Below, in pieces: positions 10,342 through 21,021 of a DNA stretch of 64,000 nt. The notes under the pieces are model-generated. The model was not told the origin of the DNA. It did no database searches and saw only the letters and a list, made by a program, of their open reading frames with translations. Within the stretch, counting starts at the first letter, position 1. The number at the start of each line of letters is the position of its first letter. Source of the DNA: Nitrospira sp. (lineage in GTDB: Bacteria > Nitrospirota > Nitrospiria > Nitrospirales > Nitrospiraceae); the NCBI GenBank assembly GCA_047150005.1, contig AP038806.1:3232001-3296000 (forward strand), written 5' to 3'. The position numbers and the translations under genes are program-made.

Positions 10342-11499
10342 TCACTTGTTCCGGTCTGGTTTACGCAGATCAATGAGGCAGTACGCACTCATGACGGAGG
10401 TAAGACGCGGAAAAACGGTTTCCACCAATCGTAGGGCTTTGGCCGCTCGATTCGATTGTCCAAACAGCCACTCGAACTCAGACTTGTTCAAGATTCGAAG
10501 CGACTCAACCGAGTGTTCGTTTGTCAGCTCTCCGGCGACCTGTTTCCACCATGCACGATTTCGGAAGAAGTAGTAGAGCTGGTGGGGTGCTGGTTCACCA
10601 CCGGGGTTCTTTTGGGGCATGAGAATCTGCGAGCTGCCCGGATGCAGGACCTTCCACAGTTTTCGAAAGGCCCTCAAGAGAAAGAAAAGGCCCTTGTGCC
10701 ATATCGAGTATTGCACCTCTGTGAATATGCATAGATGAGTCTTGGGTCGAATAACACGGAAGAGCTCTTGAATGGCTCCAAGCTGAAGAGATTCCGGGAT
10801 ATGCTGGATGGTGTAACCGGAGACCGCGCCGTCGAAGCAATCGTCTCGAAAAGGCAGCTTGCATATATCTGCCAAGCAGCAGATATCTGTTTGCCGGAGT
10901 TTCATGCCGGCTTCTTGTAAAGCCGTTATCGACATGTCCACGCACACTCGGCTTTTGAAAAACCATGAAAATGCCAAGTACTCCGCGTGCGGGATGGCGC
11001 CGCTTGCTGCATCGAGAATGAAGTCGCCACCTGGTAAACGATCGAGAATCGAGAGATGGGACATCAACTCATATGCTCCGTGTCCGACAAGCCAGTTCTG
11101 GGAGAAAAGCGCGGAGTCGTTATAAACGCTCTGCTGATTTTTTCTCCATCCGAACCGGTCGTACCAATCTCTAACACTCTGTGTGATGTCATCGACTGAA
11201 ATCTGTGGTTCTATAGCGAAACTGGTTTCTGAGACGCGGTTCTTACGGATTCGAAGCGAAGTGTGTTCAAGGAAATACGCGATTGTCTCCGTAAGAGGGT
11301 ACGCCCTCCGATCAGCGTCAGAGATGAACGCACCTATTGTCTCATCCGGCAGACGCTGACGCTCATCTTCCGGTAAGCATGAAAGAAGATCCTCGAGCGG
11401 CACCAAGCGGAGGTCGGTTTTCGTACGTGGACAGCAGAGAATAGCCTGAAGGGAGCTAAATCTGGCAAGAGACGGTTCATAGGTTGTTTTTGGTGCCAT
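10342..11499 (-). CDS. Class I SAM-dependent methyltransferase with Trm112-like N-terminus
   Basis: ILDAASG motif I, VCVDMS, ADICKLPFRDDCFD; AGGAGG upstream of MAPKTT; visibly AT-richer than neighbours. Confidence 0.8.
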   Translation of the reverse strand: MAPKTTYEPSLARFSSLQAILCCPRTKTDLRLVPLEDLLSCLPEDERQRLPDETIGAFISDADRRAYPLTETIAYFLEHTSLRIRKNRVSETSFAIEPQISVDDITQSVRDWYDRFGWRKNQQSVYNDSALFSQNWLVGHGAYELMSHLSILDRLPGGDFILDAASGAIPHAEYLAFSWFFKSRVCVDMSITALQEAGMKLRQTDICCLADICKLPFRDDCFDGAVSGYTIQHIPESLQLGAIQELFRVIRPKTHLCIFTEVQYSIWHKGLFFLLRAFRKLWKVLHPGSSQILMPQKNPGGEPAPHQLYYFFRNRAWWKQVAGELTNEHSVESLRILNKSEFEWLFGQSNRAAKALRLVETVFPRLTSVMSAYCLIDLRKPDRNK

Positions 11500-11776
11500 G
11501 CTATTCTCACGCCTCCTTTTCCCGTTCATCCGAACCGATTGGCAGGTTCCCAATTCTGCACACACCTCAACCCTGAGTCAAACCCACAACCATCAATATC
11601 CAAGACAACGTCGCTATGCCATAGAACCTCCATCTCTTGTCTTGGTGGTCTCAGACAAGAAGTCTATGAAGGAAGGCTGGCGAGAATGACCGGTTGGTGC
11701 TCCGCGGACGGGAAAGCCGGTGTCGAAGCGATGACCGGTACCCGGTGAGAGAGGTGAGAACGGGGCAAGCAGGATC

Positions 11777-11851
11777 TGGAGCTGGCGAGAGGAATTGAAC
11801 CTCCAACCGGCGGTTTACAAAACCGCTGCTCTGCCATTGAGCTACGCCAGC
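11777..11851 (-). tRNA. tRNA-Thr (anticodon TGT)
   Basis: Reverse strand GCTGGCGTAGCTCAATGGCAGAGCA-GCGGT-TTTGTAA-ACCGC...GGTTCAATTCC...CGCCAGCTCCA forms a cloverleaf with encoded CCA. Confidence 0.97.
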
Positions 11852-12056
11852 CACGATGGAGTGAAGGTTGCGGAAAACGTAGCAAGTGCATGCCACCCTG
11901 TCAAGCAAGGTCGTCTGTGCGGGTCGTGGGTCAGTTTCCTCTTGGTTCCCTGCTCTTCCTGTCGACGGACAAGCATACCAAGGGATGGGCCGGTTCTTGA
12001 CCTCTCAGCGCAGACGGTTTATCTTTCCGACGTTTTCACTCCTATGGGGAGGCGCT

Positions 12057-12284
12057 ATGCGACGTTGGTTGATGGTGGTTTCAATGGGATTTGCCCTGGC
12101 GGCATGCAGTACGACGGAATGGGTTCATCCCAACAAGCCGCCGGAGGAATACACAAACGATTACAACAAATGCCAGAACGCCGTGCTGAGCGATCCCAAG
12201 CTGCAGCAGGGCAGCAAGCTTCTCGTGATGAACGCCACCGAACGTTGCATGCAGAAAGAAGGGTGGCGCCTCGTCGAGCACTAA
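12057..12284 (+). CDS. Small lipoprotein (75 aa)
   Basis: GGGAGG SD, lipobox LAAC, two further Cys (CMQKEGW). Confidence 0.8.
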   Translation: MRRWLMVVSMGFALAACSTTEWVHPNKPPEEYTNDYNKCQNAVLSDPKLQQGSKLLVMNATERCMQKEGWRLVEH

Positions 12285-12373
12285 AAATTCGACGCCGGTT
12301 CCCGCCCATCGGTCGGTTTTAATCGTATTTCTGCCCCCGTTTCGTCTCCAGAACCACCCCCAGGCCGCGGTGG

Positions 12374-12400
12374 TTAACAAAGAATTTACTCACCGTTGAC
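12374..12400 (+). promoter_or_regulatory. Candidate Pho-box-like direct repeats
   Basis: TTAAC 12374, TTTAC 12385, TTGAC 12396 at an 11-bp period. Confidence 0.4.
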
Positions 12401-12430
12401 AGCTCCGGAACATCGGTCGGATAGGCTGTG

Positions 12431-12456
12431 ACCATGGTGAACTGTCACCATGGTGA
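12431..12456. promoter_or_regulatory. Palindromic operator-like site
   Basis: ACCATGGTGA-actg-TCACCATGGT perfect inverted repeat; also a 16-bp-period direct repeat. Confidence 0.4.
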
Positions 12457-12609
12457 TCCGGCGGTGTTCGGTCGAGCGTCAGTTTCTGGATTTCTCGCAT
12501 CGGTCGAATGCCCCACGAATCATCCGGCCGTCCGGGTCGCACAGCGACCCCGGTGGACAGTGACACACATGAGCGACCGCAGCCGTCGAGGCGGTTGCAG
12601 GAGGATGTC

Positions 12610-12858
12610 ATGATCGGCCATGTCCTGCTTGAGCCGTCAGTCGATGCCAGCCACCACTCGGACACCCTTGCCTGGGAGATTCTGAACCGAGTCGAAGACG
12701 AGTCGGTCGTCAGCCTGGATTCGCTGGTGATGTCGCTTCCCCACTACAGCTGGAATCAGATTCTGATCACGGTGGACCGTCTAGCCCGCGACGGACGGCT
12801 CATTCTTCGCCGTCACCGATTCGACTACACCGTGTTTTCCAAACATTACGTCGCCTAG
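12610..12858 (+). CDS. Small winged-helix-like hypothetical protein (82 aa)
   Basis: GGAGG SD; LPHYSWNQILITVDRLARDGRLIL helix-helix-wing pattern. Confidence 0.7.
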   Translation: MIGHVLLEPSVDASHHSDTLAWEILNRVEDESVVSLDSLVMSLPHYSWNQILITVDRLARDGRLILRRHRFDYTVFSKHYVA

Positions 12859-12961
12859 CCGGCGTCATTCATGAAGGTTCGCGAGGAAACGGCGGAGACG
12901 CCCAGAATCTTTCATGAATAGGGCGGGCTCACGACAGGCAGCCATTATCGAAGATGGCGGG

Positions 12962-13732
12962 TCACCGCTCCGCCAGAAGGTCTTTGACCACCGGCTCGAT
13001 GGCCTCGGCCCATATCAGATATCCGCTCGCGCTGAGGTGGTCAAAGTCGGGCATGATGACGGTGGAAATCGTACCGTCCGGATTCGTGAATCGGGTACCG
13101 ATGTCTAGATAGTGAATCGTCCTGCCATCGGCGACGGTTCGGAAAATCGCATTGGCAGCCATGGCTCTCACTCGCTGTGGGTTGTCGGGGCGCTCGCCGG
13201 ACGGGAAGATCGCAAGCAGGAGAATCTTGCTCTCGGGAACCTTTTCGCGAAGTTTCTGGACGACAGCCATGACCCCATCGGCGATGTCTTGCGGGGTGTT
13301 GCCGTCGATGGAATTGTTGTCGCCGATCAACAGGACAATGGTCTTGGGATGGATTCGGTCAAAATGTCCATGTTCGATTCGCCAGAGCACATGCTGAGTG
13401 CGGTCGCCATCCATCCCGAAATTGGCGGCCTTGCGCCTCCCGTAATAGGAGTGCCAGACTTCTCTGCCGGCCTCATTCCATCGCTGTGTAATGGAGTCGC
13501 CCAGAAACACAAGATCGATGTTGCCGCGTCGAGCGATTTCGTTGAGCTCGGCATGACGTCGAAGCTGCCAGGCGCCGTTTTCATAACCCAAGGCGGTCCG
13601 GGTCGACGGTTTTGTGACTGAATGCGTGGGGGCGGGATGGCCCTCGGTGCTCGGGCTACGGTCGCAGGCGGCAAAGATGAGCCCTCCCATGAGGATCATC
13701 AGAAATGGGTTGGCCGCGGTGCCGACAGTCAT
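12962..13732 (-). CDS. GDSL/SGNH hydrolase lipoprotein
   Basis: FLGDSIT, NFGMDGDRTQHVLWR, PDFDHL catalytic DxxH. Confidence 0.92.
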   Translation of the reverse strand: MTVGTAANPFLMILMGGLIFAACDRSPSTEGHPAPTHSVTKPSTRTALGYENGAWQLRRHAELNEIARRGNIDLVFLGDSITQRWNEAGREVWHSYYGRRKAANFGMDGDRTQHVLWRIEHGHFDRIHPKTIVLLIGDNNSIDGNTPQDIADGVMAVVQKLREKVPESKILLLAIFPSGERPDNPQRVRAMAANAIFRTVADGRTIHYLDIGTRFTNPDGTISTVIMPDFDHLSASGYLIWAEAIEPVVKDLLAER

Positions 13733-14138
13733 ACTTGCCAGAGTAACGAGGCCGATGTCCGCACGGCGATACCATCGCGTGGACAGAACAGTGCCTTATG
13801 GAGTGAGGTGTTGAATCTCGGCCGCTTCGACGCAGATGCGGGTCGGCACATTGTCACGGTTGAGGAACACTTCAACGTGCACGGTTACGCGGACGCGATC
13901 GCCTTCTCGCAAAGGCTCGATTCGGAATCCTGACGCGGATCATGAACAAGGCATATCACCCCGTCTGGAAAGCTCATTGTAGAAAGGTTGTGAGCTGAGC
14001 GCAAGTGACAGTCGTGGGTCCGTTTGAATCGTAACCGCTTCGTTTGTAGACACATCGCGCGCCGAGGAAGGATCTGTTCTCTGAGAGTCAAACCGCCTTC
14101 GGGTAGTCGAACGCATCCTTGTCGTTCTCGGGGCAGTG

Positions 14139-14822
14139 TCAGGCGCCGTTGTCCGCGCGCACGTGTTGACTCGTGTGGCGGATGATCTTGCCCTCGACCA
14201 TGTAGATCACCAATTCTGCGACGTTGGTGGCATGGTCGGCGATGCGCTCAAGGTACTTGCCGATGAAGGTGAGACGGATGGCGCGGGTGATCGTGTCGGG
14301 CTTTTCGATCATGAAGGACAGGAGTTCCCGGAACAGTTGGTGCGTGAGGTCGTCGATAAAATCGTCGTCCGCGCAGACTTTTCTCGCCAACACAGCGTCC
14401 GAACGAACGAACGCTTCCAGGCATTCGCGCACCATCCGCATGGTCCAGCTCGACATGCGAGGAATGTCGATGTAGGGCTTCAGCTGCGGCTCCTCGTTCA
14501 GCTCGATGACGCGCTCGCTGATATTCTCGGCGAGATCGCTCATGCGTTCCAACTCGGTGGAGATCTTCATCGCCGTGGTGATGAATCGAAGGTCGCCGGC
14601 GGCGGGAGCCTGCAACGCGAGCAACCGGATGCAGGTTTCGTCGATCTCCACGTCGAGGGAGTTCACGAGGGCATCGCGTTCGATGATGCGGGAGGCCAGG
14701 TGCACGTCTCGATTCACCAGCGCTTGGATCGAGCCCTCGATCTGCTGTTCGACCAGCGTGCCCATGCGGAGGATCTGCGTCTTCAGTTCCGCCAGTTCTT
14801 GATCGAAGTGCCGTTGCATCAT
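14139..14822 (-). CDS. phoU: Phosphate signalling protein PhoU
   Basis: ELERMSDLA and YLERIADHATN repeats; follows pstB. Confidence 0.96.
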   Translation of the reverse strand: MMQRHFDQELAELKTQILRMGTLVEQQIEGSIQALVNRDVHLASRIIERDALVNSLDVEIDETCIRLLALQAPAAGDLRFITTAMKISTELERMSDLAENISERVIELNEEPQLKPYIDIPRMSSWTMRMVRECLEAFVRSDAVLARKVCADDDFIDDLTHQLFRELLSFMIEKPDTITRAIRLTFIGKYLERIADHATNVAELVIYMVEGKIIRHTSQHVRADNGA

Positions 14823-14838
14823 ATCTCGCTTCCGAGGG

Positions 14839-15624
14839 CTAACCGAACCGGCCGGTCACGTATGCTTCGGTCAGTGTGTTCGATGGGTTGGTGAAGATCT
14901 TGTCCGTTCGATCGCACTCGATCAGGCGGCCTTCGTACATGAAGGCCGTGTAGTCGGACACGCGAGCCGCCTGCTGCATGTTATGGGTAACGATCACGAT
15001 CGTCACCTTCTGCTTGAGATCGTTGACCAGTTCCTCAATGCGCGCAGTTGCCGTGGGGTCCAGGGCCGAGGTCGGTTCGTCGAACAGGAGGATTTCCGGT
15101 GTCGTGGCCAGCGCCCGGGCAATGCATAGGCGCTGCTGCTGCCCTCCCGAGAGGTTGAACGCCTGATCGTGGAGGCGATCTCTGACCTCGGGCCAGAGTG
15201 CCGCATCGCGCAGGGCCCGTTCGACAGCCTGATCCAGGTCAGACCGCTTCATGCCCCCGCGGATCTTCAAGCCGTAGGCGACATTCTCATAAATGGACTT
15301 GGGAAACGGGTTCGGCCTCTGGAATACCATCCCGACGCGCATGCGGATTTCGATGGGATCGATCTCGGAGGCCACCAGGTTGATCCGCTCCGGATAGAGC
15401 AGCAACTCGCCTTCGTACCGGTTGCCTGGATAGAGATCATGCATCCGATTGAGACAGCGAAGGTAAGTCGTCTTGCCGCATCCGGACGGTCCGATCAGCG
15501 CCGTGGCATGGCGGTCGGGCAGGCCGAGGGAAATGGTCTTCAACGCTTGGACGTCACCATAGAAGAAGCTCAGGTCCTTGGATTCCGCTTTCAGTGCGGT
15601 GGGCGGCGTCGTGGTCGTGGACAT
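14839..15624 (-). CDS. pstB: Phosphate ABC transporter ATPase
   Basis: [48 protein letters not shown]. Confidence 0.97.
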   Translation of the reverse strand: MSTTTTPPTALKAESKDLSFFYGDVQALKTISLGLPDRHATALIGPSGCGKTTYLRCLNRMHDLYPGNRYEGELLLYPERINLVASEIDPIEIRMRVGMVFQRPNPFPKSIYENVAYGLKIRGGMKRSDLDQAVERALRDAALWPEVRDRLHDQAFNLSGGQQQRLCIARALATTPEILLFDEPTSALDPTATARIEELVNDLKQKVTIVIVTHNMQQAARVSDYTAFMYEGRLIECDRTDKIFTNPSNTLTEAYVTGRFG

Positions 15625-15629
15625 GCGGG

Positions 15630-16574
15630 CTACCAACGGATTCGTTTCCTGTAACGCGCGCGAACGGTGATTGCCAATGCGTTCATCGCCAGCGTCATGA
15701 ACAGGAGGACCAGTCCGGCCGCGGCGGCGTTTACGTGGAAATCCTCTTGCGGCCTCGAGATCCAGTTGAACATCTGAATCGGCATGACCGTAAAGGGATC
15801 GAACATCCATTGAAAGGAGATGAATGGTGCTTCGGCCTGCCAGGGAGGATGCGGCAGAAATGCGATGAAGGACAGGGCGCCGACGGTGATCAACGGGGCG
15901 GTTTCTCCTACGGCGCGAGACAGTGCCAGAATCAGACCGGTCATGATGCCTCCCATGGAGCAGGGTAGGATATGGTGCTGGACTGTCTGCCACTTGGTGG
16001 CTCCCAGCGCATAGGCGGCCTCTCGGATCTGCGGCGGTACGGCCCGGATGGCTTCGCGCGCGGCGATGATGATCATCGGCAAGACCAGCAGCGCGAGGGT
16101 CAGGCCGGCGGTCAGGAAGCTTTGCCCAAGGCGGAACTCGTAGACGAACAGCGCAAGCGCCATCAGACCGTAGACGATCGACGGCACACCGGCCAGATTG
16201 GCGATGTTGATGTCGATCAGGGTGGTCAGCCTATTTTTCGGAGCATATTCTTCCAGGTAGATGGCCGCTCCGAGTCCCAAAGGGACGGCGACGAGCGCAG
16301 TCAGCAGCATGACGAGGATCGTTCCGATCCAGGCGCTCAGGATGCCAGCCTGCGCCGCAAACCGTGACGGGTAGGACGTCAGAAACTGCCAGGACAAGCG
16401 GCCGACGCCTTCCACCGCCAATTGGCCGATCAGCGCAAGCAGCACACTGAGGACCGTCAGCGTGACGAGAAAACCGGTCCGGGCAAACAATGCATCCATC
16501 CGCTTGCGGCGGGCCAGACGCCTGCGATCGGAATCGGAGCTAATAGACTTGGCGATAGCGTTTTCTAAGGACAT
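15630..16574 (-). CDS. pstA: Phosphate ABC transporter permease
   Basis: [29 protein letters not shown]. Confidence 0.96.
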   Translation of the reverse strand: MSLENAIAKSISSDSDRRRLARRKRMDALFARTGFLVTLTVLSVLLALIGQLAVEGVGRLSWQFLTSYPSRFAAQAGILSAWIGTILVMLLTALVAVPLGLGAAIYLEEYAPKNRLTTLIDINIANLAGVPSIVYGLMALALFVYEFRLGQSFLTAGLTLALLVLPMIIIAAREAIRAVPPQIREAAYALGATKWQTVQHHILPCSMGGIMTGLILALSRAVGETAPLITVGALSFIAFLPHPPWQAEAPFISFQWMFDPFTVMPIQMFNWISRPQEDFHVNAAAAGLVLLFMTLAMNALAITVRARYRKRIRW

Positions 16575-17484
16575 GGCCTGCGAGATTGAAGACGAATGTC
16601 ATGAGCAACAGCGTGAGACCCGTGGCGAAAATGGTCCGGTACCCGATGCTGCCGTGAGGCAAATCGCCCAGGCTGACTTGAACAATGTACGCCGTCATCG
16701 TGGCGGCCGGCTCCAGCGGGTTCCAGGTCAGGGTCGGCTGCATACCGGCGGCGATGGCGACCACCATGGTTTCTCCGATGGCTCGAGACACGCCGAGCAC
16801 GTATGCGGCGGCGATGCCGGACAGGGCAGAGGGAAAGACCACGCGCAACGCCGTCTGCATGCGTGTGGCGCCGAGAGCATAGGCGCCTTCACGGAGGGCG
16901 AGAGGGACGGCCCGCATGGCGTCTTCGCTCACCGAGCTGACGTAAGGCACAATCATGATGCCGATGACGAATCCGGCGCTCAGCATGTTGAAGCCCGGCA
17001 GGTCCGGCCAAATCCGCTGCAGCACGGGTGTGACGAAGAGCAGCGCAAAGTAACCGTATACGACGGTCGGGACGGCGCTCAGCAGTTCCAAGGCGGGTTT
17101 GACGGCTTCGCGCAGCGGGCGGGATGCGTACTCGCTCAAGTAGACGGCGACCACGCTGCCGGCGGGGATAGCCACGACCAGCGCGACTGTGGTGGTCACC
17201 ACGGTGCCGGACACGAGGGGAAGAATGCCGTAGTGCGGCTCGGAAAACAGCGGAGTCCACTGGCGGTCGGTCAGAAAATCGAGGAGCGAGACCTGTCGAA
17301 AGAACAGGAATGACTCATACGAGAGGACGCCAACAATCCCGACTGTGACGGCCACCGACGCCAACGCCGTGATCATCAAGAGCCATTCGACGATCTTCTC
17401 CTTGAACCGTGGAACCAAGACCGGCGGGACGCGAAACTCCTGTGCGTGCTTCAGTACGTCGGACTTGGCGGCTTCGGCGTCCAT
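16540..17484 (-). CDS. pstC: Phosphate ABC transporter permease
   Basis: AVPTVVYGYFAL, RAIGETMVV. Confidence 0.96.
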   Translation of the reverse strand: MDAEAAKSDVLKHAQEFRVPPVLVPRFKEKIVEWLLMITALASVAVTVGIVGVLSYESFLFFRQVSLLDFLTDRQWTPLFSEPHYGILPLVSGTVVTTTVALVVAIPAGSVVAVYLSEYASRPLREAVKPALELLSAVPTVVYGYFALLFVTPVLQRIWPDLPGFNMLSAGFVIGIMIVPYVSSVSEDAMRAVPLALREGAYALGATRMQTALRVVFPSALSGIAAAYVLGVSRAIGETMVVAIAAGMQPTLTWNPLEPAATMTAYIVQVSLGDLPHGSIGYRTIFATGLTLLLMTFVFNLAGHVLRKRYRQVY

Positions 17485-17510
17485 GGCGACGATCCTTCCT
17501 TCAGCGTGGG

Positions 17511-18524
17511 CTACAGTGTCGCTTCCCGACGGAGCAATTCTTCGATCTTGATGCCGATCGTGGAAGCGCCCTGGAAGGCGGTGCCGACTTTTCCGTTCCG
17601 GAAGTGCGTGAGCGCCAGCTCATAGGCCTGCGCGGGAAGGGGGACGTACTTGACCTGCGGCGCCAAGGTCGCCGTCTGGGCCAGATAGAACTCGACGAAC
17701 CGTTTGACCTCCGGGCGCTCGGCCGCTTTGGCGTTGACATAGATGAACAGCGGGCGTGACAGCGGCTGGTAGGTGCCGTTCTCGACGGTCACGCGGGAAG
17801 GCAACACGGGCCCTTTCCCACCGTCGACCGCGACCGCCTTGAGGCGTTGTTGATTGGGTTCGAAATAGGCGTAGGGGATGTACCCCAGCGCCTGCTTGTC
17901 GTGAGAGATTCCTTGGACCAGCGTGTTGTCGTCTTCGCTGGCCGTATAGTCACCACGGCTGGCCTTGGCTTTGCCGACCACGGCTTCCGTGAAGTAGTCG
18001 AAGGTTCCCGAGTCGGCACCGGCGCCGAAGAGCTTGAGCGGGACTTCGGGCCAGGTGGGACGAATCTGGCTCCATTTCATGATGCGGCCTTGCGCGGAGG
18101 GTTCCCAAATCCGTTTGAGCTCGTCCAGAGTGAGGTGGTCGACCCACGTGGCCTGTGGACTCACGGCAATCGTCAGCGCATCGAAGGCCACCGGCAGTTC
18201 GATATAGGAAACGCCGTTGGCTCGGCAGACCTCCATTTCACCGGACTGGATGGGCCTGGAGGCGTCCTGCAGGTCCGTTTCGGCTCGGCAGAATTTCTTG
18301 AAGCCGCCCCCTGTGCCGGAAATGCCCACTGTGACGCGAACCGATCCGCGCGCGCTTTTCTGAAATTCCTCCGCCACGGCTTCGGTGATCGGGAAGACGG
18401 TGCTTGATCCGTCCACCTTGACCAGCGCCGTGGGCTGGGACAAGGTCGGGCTGCTGAACCACACGAGCATTCCGATCAGGCCAAGGCCTGTGACGACGCT
18501 TCCGGCTTGCTGCATCCTCCTCAT
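17511..18524 (-). CDS. pstS: Phosphate-binding periplasmic protein
   Basis: DGSSTVFP, SGTGGGFKKFC, DSGTFDYF, YQPLSRPLFIY. Confidence 0.96.
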   Translation of the reverse strand: MRRMQQAGSVVTGLGLIGMLVWFSSPTLSQPTALVKVDGSSTVFPITEAVAEEFQKSARGSVRVTVGISGTGGGFKKFCRAETDLQDASRPIQSGEMEVCRANGVSYIELPVAFDALTIAVSPQATWVDHLTLDELKRIWEPSAQGRIMKWSQIRPTWPEVPLKLFGAGADSGTFDYFTEAVVGKAKASRGDYTASEDDNTLVQGISHDKQALGYIPYAYFEPNQQRLKAVAVDGGKGPVLPSRVTVENGTYQPLSRPLFIYVNAKAAERPEVKRFVEFYLAQTATLAPQVKYVPLPAQAYELALTHFRNGKVGTAFQGASTIGIKIEELLRREATL

Positions 18525-18615
18525 GGACGGACTCCTTTTCTAATCCTACGACTCCTTCGAGACGGCACGTTCGCTTCATACAACGCTCAGCATGTGCGAG
18601 GAACCTTTCGGCTCG

Positions 18616-18642
18616 ATTACGTCTCTGTTAACAACGCGTTAA
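18616..18642 (-). promoter_or_regulatory. Pho box upstream of pstS
   Basis: Minus strand TTAAC-N6-TTAAC-N6-GTAAT, 11-bp period. Confidence 0.7.
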
Positions 18643-18699
18643 TTCTTCGCCCTGAGTCGGTGGAAGCGGCGCGGTTCCGAAACCGCGGGAAAAGCATTT

Positions 18700-18727
18700 G
18701 TTAACAATCCTGTAACCGCGCGGCAAT
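18700..18727 (+). promoter_or_regulatory. Pho box upstream of the porin
   Basis: GTTAACAATCCTGTAAC, then GCAAT at the third 11-bp position. Confidence 0.7.
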
Positions 18728-18813
18728 TGCCCTGTGATCCGTTCGAGCTACACCCGTAATTGTCAGCATCGTCATTAAGGATCCGGTTTCATACCAACCA
18801 AGGGGGAGTCGAT

Positions 18814-20379
18814 ATGACGTGGGTTCGAGTTTGGATAGGTTCAACATTTGGAGTTCTGGCACTGATGGTGGGCTTGCAGACGCCACTCGCCCTCGCCGGT
18901 ACGGCCAAGAACCAGCCGTCCACTGCTTCACCGGTCATCGTTGCGCAGAAGACCGACGAGCCGGCGCCGCCGCAAGGCCCGGCCTCGGCAAAGGACCTGC
19001 CGCCCGGCGGCACGGCGATCGAGGATCTGTTGCTGCAAAAGGGCGCGATCACGATGGACGAATGGATTCAGATCCGTGCGGAGCAAGAGTATCGCGTGGC
19101 GGACCAATCGCGGCGCATCGATTCGCTGGAGGAATGGAAGAATAAGACGGAATTGCTCCCGATCCTGAGAGACAAGGTCAATTTCGGACTCAACGCGTTG
19201 CAGTTTCTCTACGGCCATCTCGACACGCAGGTTCCGGAAGGACGCAGCCAGGACAGCTTTTCCATCCGGCGGTCGGAAATGCTGTTTTGGGGCAAGATCA
19301 GCGAAACGATTCCACGCTGGCACATTCTGATGGAGTTTCAGAGCATCAACCTGACGAGTAACACGCCGGCCGCCGCCAATCAGGTCGGGACTCCGACTTC
19401 CGCCACGTTCTTCCGGGAAAGCTATATCGACGTCAGACCAGTTCAGTCTTGGGCGCCCAATCTGAATCTTATCCGGATGGGTATCTTCCGAATGCCGTTC
19501 GGTATCTTCACTGAACAGTCTGGCGGGTTGCGTGATGTCATCAGCTCCCCCTATCTCACCCAAGTCGGCGGCGGAGGGGGACCAGGACAGAACCAGAATG
19601 GAACCGGTGGATCAATCGAATTCGTGCAGGAGCGCGACTATTTCATCGATGTGCGCGGAAAAATCGCCAACCGGCTCGAATATGTGACCGGTGTCATGAA
19701 CAACAATAATTTTCAGGCCAATGGCTTGGTCAACACGACGTCGGGCCTCGGGGGAGCCAATTCTCCAAAGGCTTGGTATGCACGCGTGCGTCTGTTCGGA
19801 AGCGACGTGTCATTCGTCAGTTTCACGACGATCCAAGGTGAATCCAACAATGCGGGAACGTTGATCAACGGCCGAGGAAAAGGGGTGTTCGATCGCTATG
19901 CGGTCGATTTTCGCTATACCTCTAAGATCCTGCCAGGTTTCATGGTGCAAGGCGAATACTGGCAAGGACACGACGGCGCTAACGCCACGACCGTCGGCAC
20001 CGGGGCCAACGGTTCTTGTCAAGTCACGGCGGTTTGCGGAGGTTCGGGAGCGCCCGGTGAGATGAGAAGGACCTATTATGTGCTGGGCAAGTATCTCTTT
20101 ACCGATGGGCCATTGGAGAATTTCGAGCCGACCGTCATGTGGGAGCAGTTCGATCCCAATACCAGCATGGGGAATGACTTGTATGAACGAACCATCGTCG
20201 GCCTGACTTACTACTTCGAGAATTTTCCGCCGAAGGTACAATCAAAAATCCAATTGAACTACGAGTTCCGGCACCATCAAGGCCTGGGCACTGGGCCGAA
20301 TACGCCGCCGTACAATTCAGCGACTGATCCTTTCGCCAACAATGCGTTCTTCATCCAGTTTCAAGTCCGATTCATGTAG
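18814..20379 (+). CDS. Outer-membrane porin, OprO/OprP-like phosphate porin candidate
   Basis: Signal peptide, LLLQKGAIT N-terminal motif, beta-strand pattern, C-terminal FQVRF; divergent from pstS. Confidence 0.75.
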   Translation: MTWVRVWIGSTFGVLALMVGLQTPLALAGTAKNQPSTASPVIVAQKTDEPAPPQGPASAKDLPPGGTAIEDLLLQKGAITMDEWIQIRAEQEYRVADQSRRIDSLEEWKNKTELLPILRDKVNFGLNALQFLYGHLDTQVPEGRSQDSFSIRRSEMLFWGKISETIPRWHILMEFQSINLTSNTPAAANQVGTPTSATFFRESYIDVRPVQSWAPNLNLIRMGIFRMPFGIFTEQSGGLRDVISSPYLTQVGGGGGPGQNQNGTGGSIEFVQERDYFIDVRGKIANRLEYVTGVMNNNNFQANGLVNTTSGLGGANSPKAWYARVRLFGSDVSFVSFTTIQGESNNAGTLINGRGKGVFDRYAVDFRYTSKILPGFMVQGEYWQGHDGANATTVGTGANGSCQVTAVCGGSGAPGEMRRTYYVLGKYLFTDGPLENFEPTVMWEQFDPNTSMGNDLYERTIVGLTYYFENFPPKVQSKIQLNYEFRHHQGLGTGPNTPPYNSATDPFANNAFFIQFQVRFM

Positions 20380-20451
20380 CAACCTGAATAAATGTGTCGG
20401 TGGAAATTTTCTCATTGCATCGGAAACCGGCTAGGGAGTAAGGAGGATGAT

Positions 20452-20985
20452 ATGAAACGTGTTTCGGCGACTGCGATGTTGTTGGCGTCTCTGGCGTGCG
20501 GCGCCTGCTCGCCGTCTCAAGTGTTCGCTCCAGAGGTCATGGAAGGGGTGGAGCAGGAATTTGATTTCTCGAGATGGCGGGCGTTGCCGAACCAGGATGA
20601 GGGCAAGAAAGTGGAGCTTGGCGGCGCGATTCTGCAATCGGATGTGAAGGAGGATACGGTTACGCTGGTGCTGAGGCAGCTCCCGATCGTTAAACATCCC
20701 GCGTACGGCCCAAAAGACACGGGCAAGCGGAGCGGCGAGTTCGCCGCCACCTTCTCAGGAACCCTCGAACCCAAGTTTCTTCAACGGGGAAACAGGGTGG
20801 TCGTGATCGGGACGACCAGATTGGCCAAAGTCGTCGTCGTGGACGATATTCCCCGCAGCCTCCCGAACCTGGAAGTCAAGTGCCTGCACATCTGGAATAC
20901 CGGCGGACGTGAGATTGCCGATTTCCCTTCGTTCGGAGCGGGCTACGAGACGCTCGAGAACCAGACGTGGTGCGCATCCAAATAG
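20452..20985 (+). CDS. Slp-family outer-membrane lipoprotein
   Basis: AGGAGG SD, lipobox CGAC, VELGGAIL, SGEFAA, GNRVVVIG. Confidence 0.8.
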   Translation: MKRVSATAMLLASLACGACSPSQVFAPEVMEGVEQEFDFSRWRALPNQDEGKKVELGGAILQSDVKEDTVTLVLRQLPIVKHPAYGPKDTGKRSGEFAATFSGTLEPKFLQRGNRVVVIGTTRLAKVVVVDDIPRSLPNLEVKCLHIWNTGGREIADFPSFGAGYETLENQTWCASK

Positions 20986-21021
20986 GAAGGTCGTGCTGAC
21001 CGCGGCCATAGTGAGAACGGA

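Noticed and set aside
12867..12919. ATTCATGAA...TTCATGAAT inverted repeat between convergent genes
   Set aside because: Long loop and no U-tract; cannot be called a terminator or mobile element
13885..14091. 68-aa minus-strand ORF downstream of phoU
   Set aside because: No SD, motif or clear coding bias; no recognisable RNA family in this gap either
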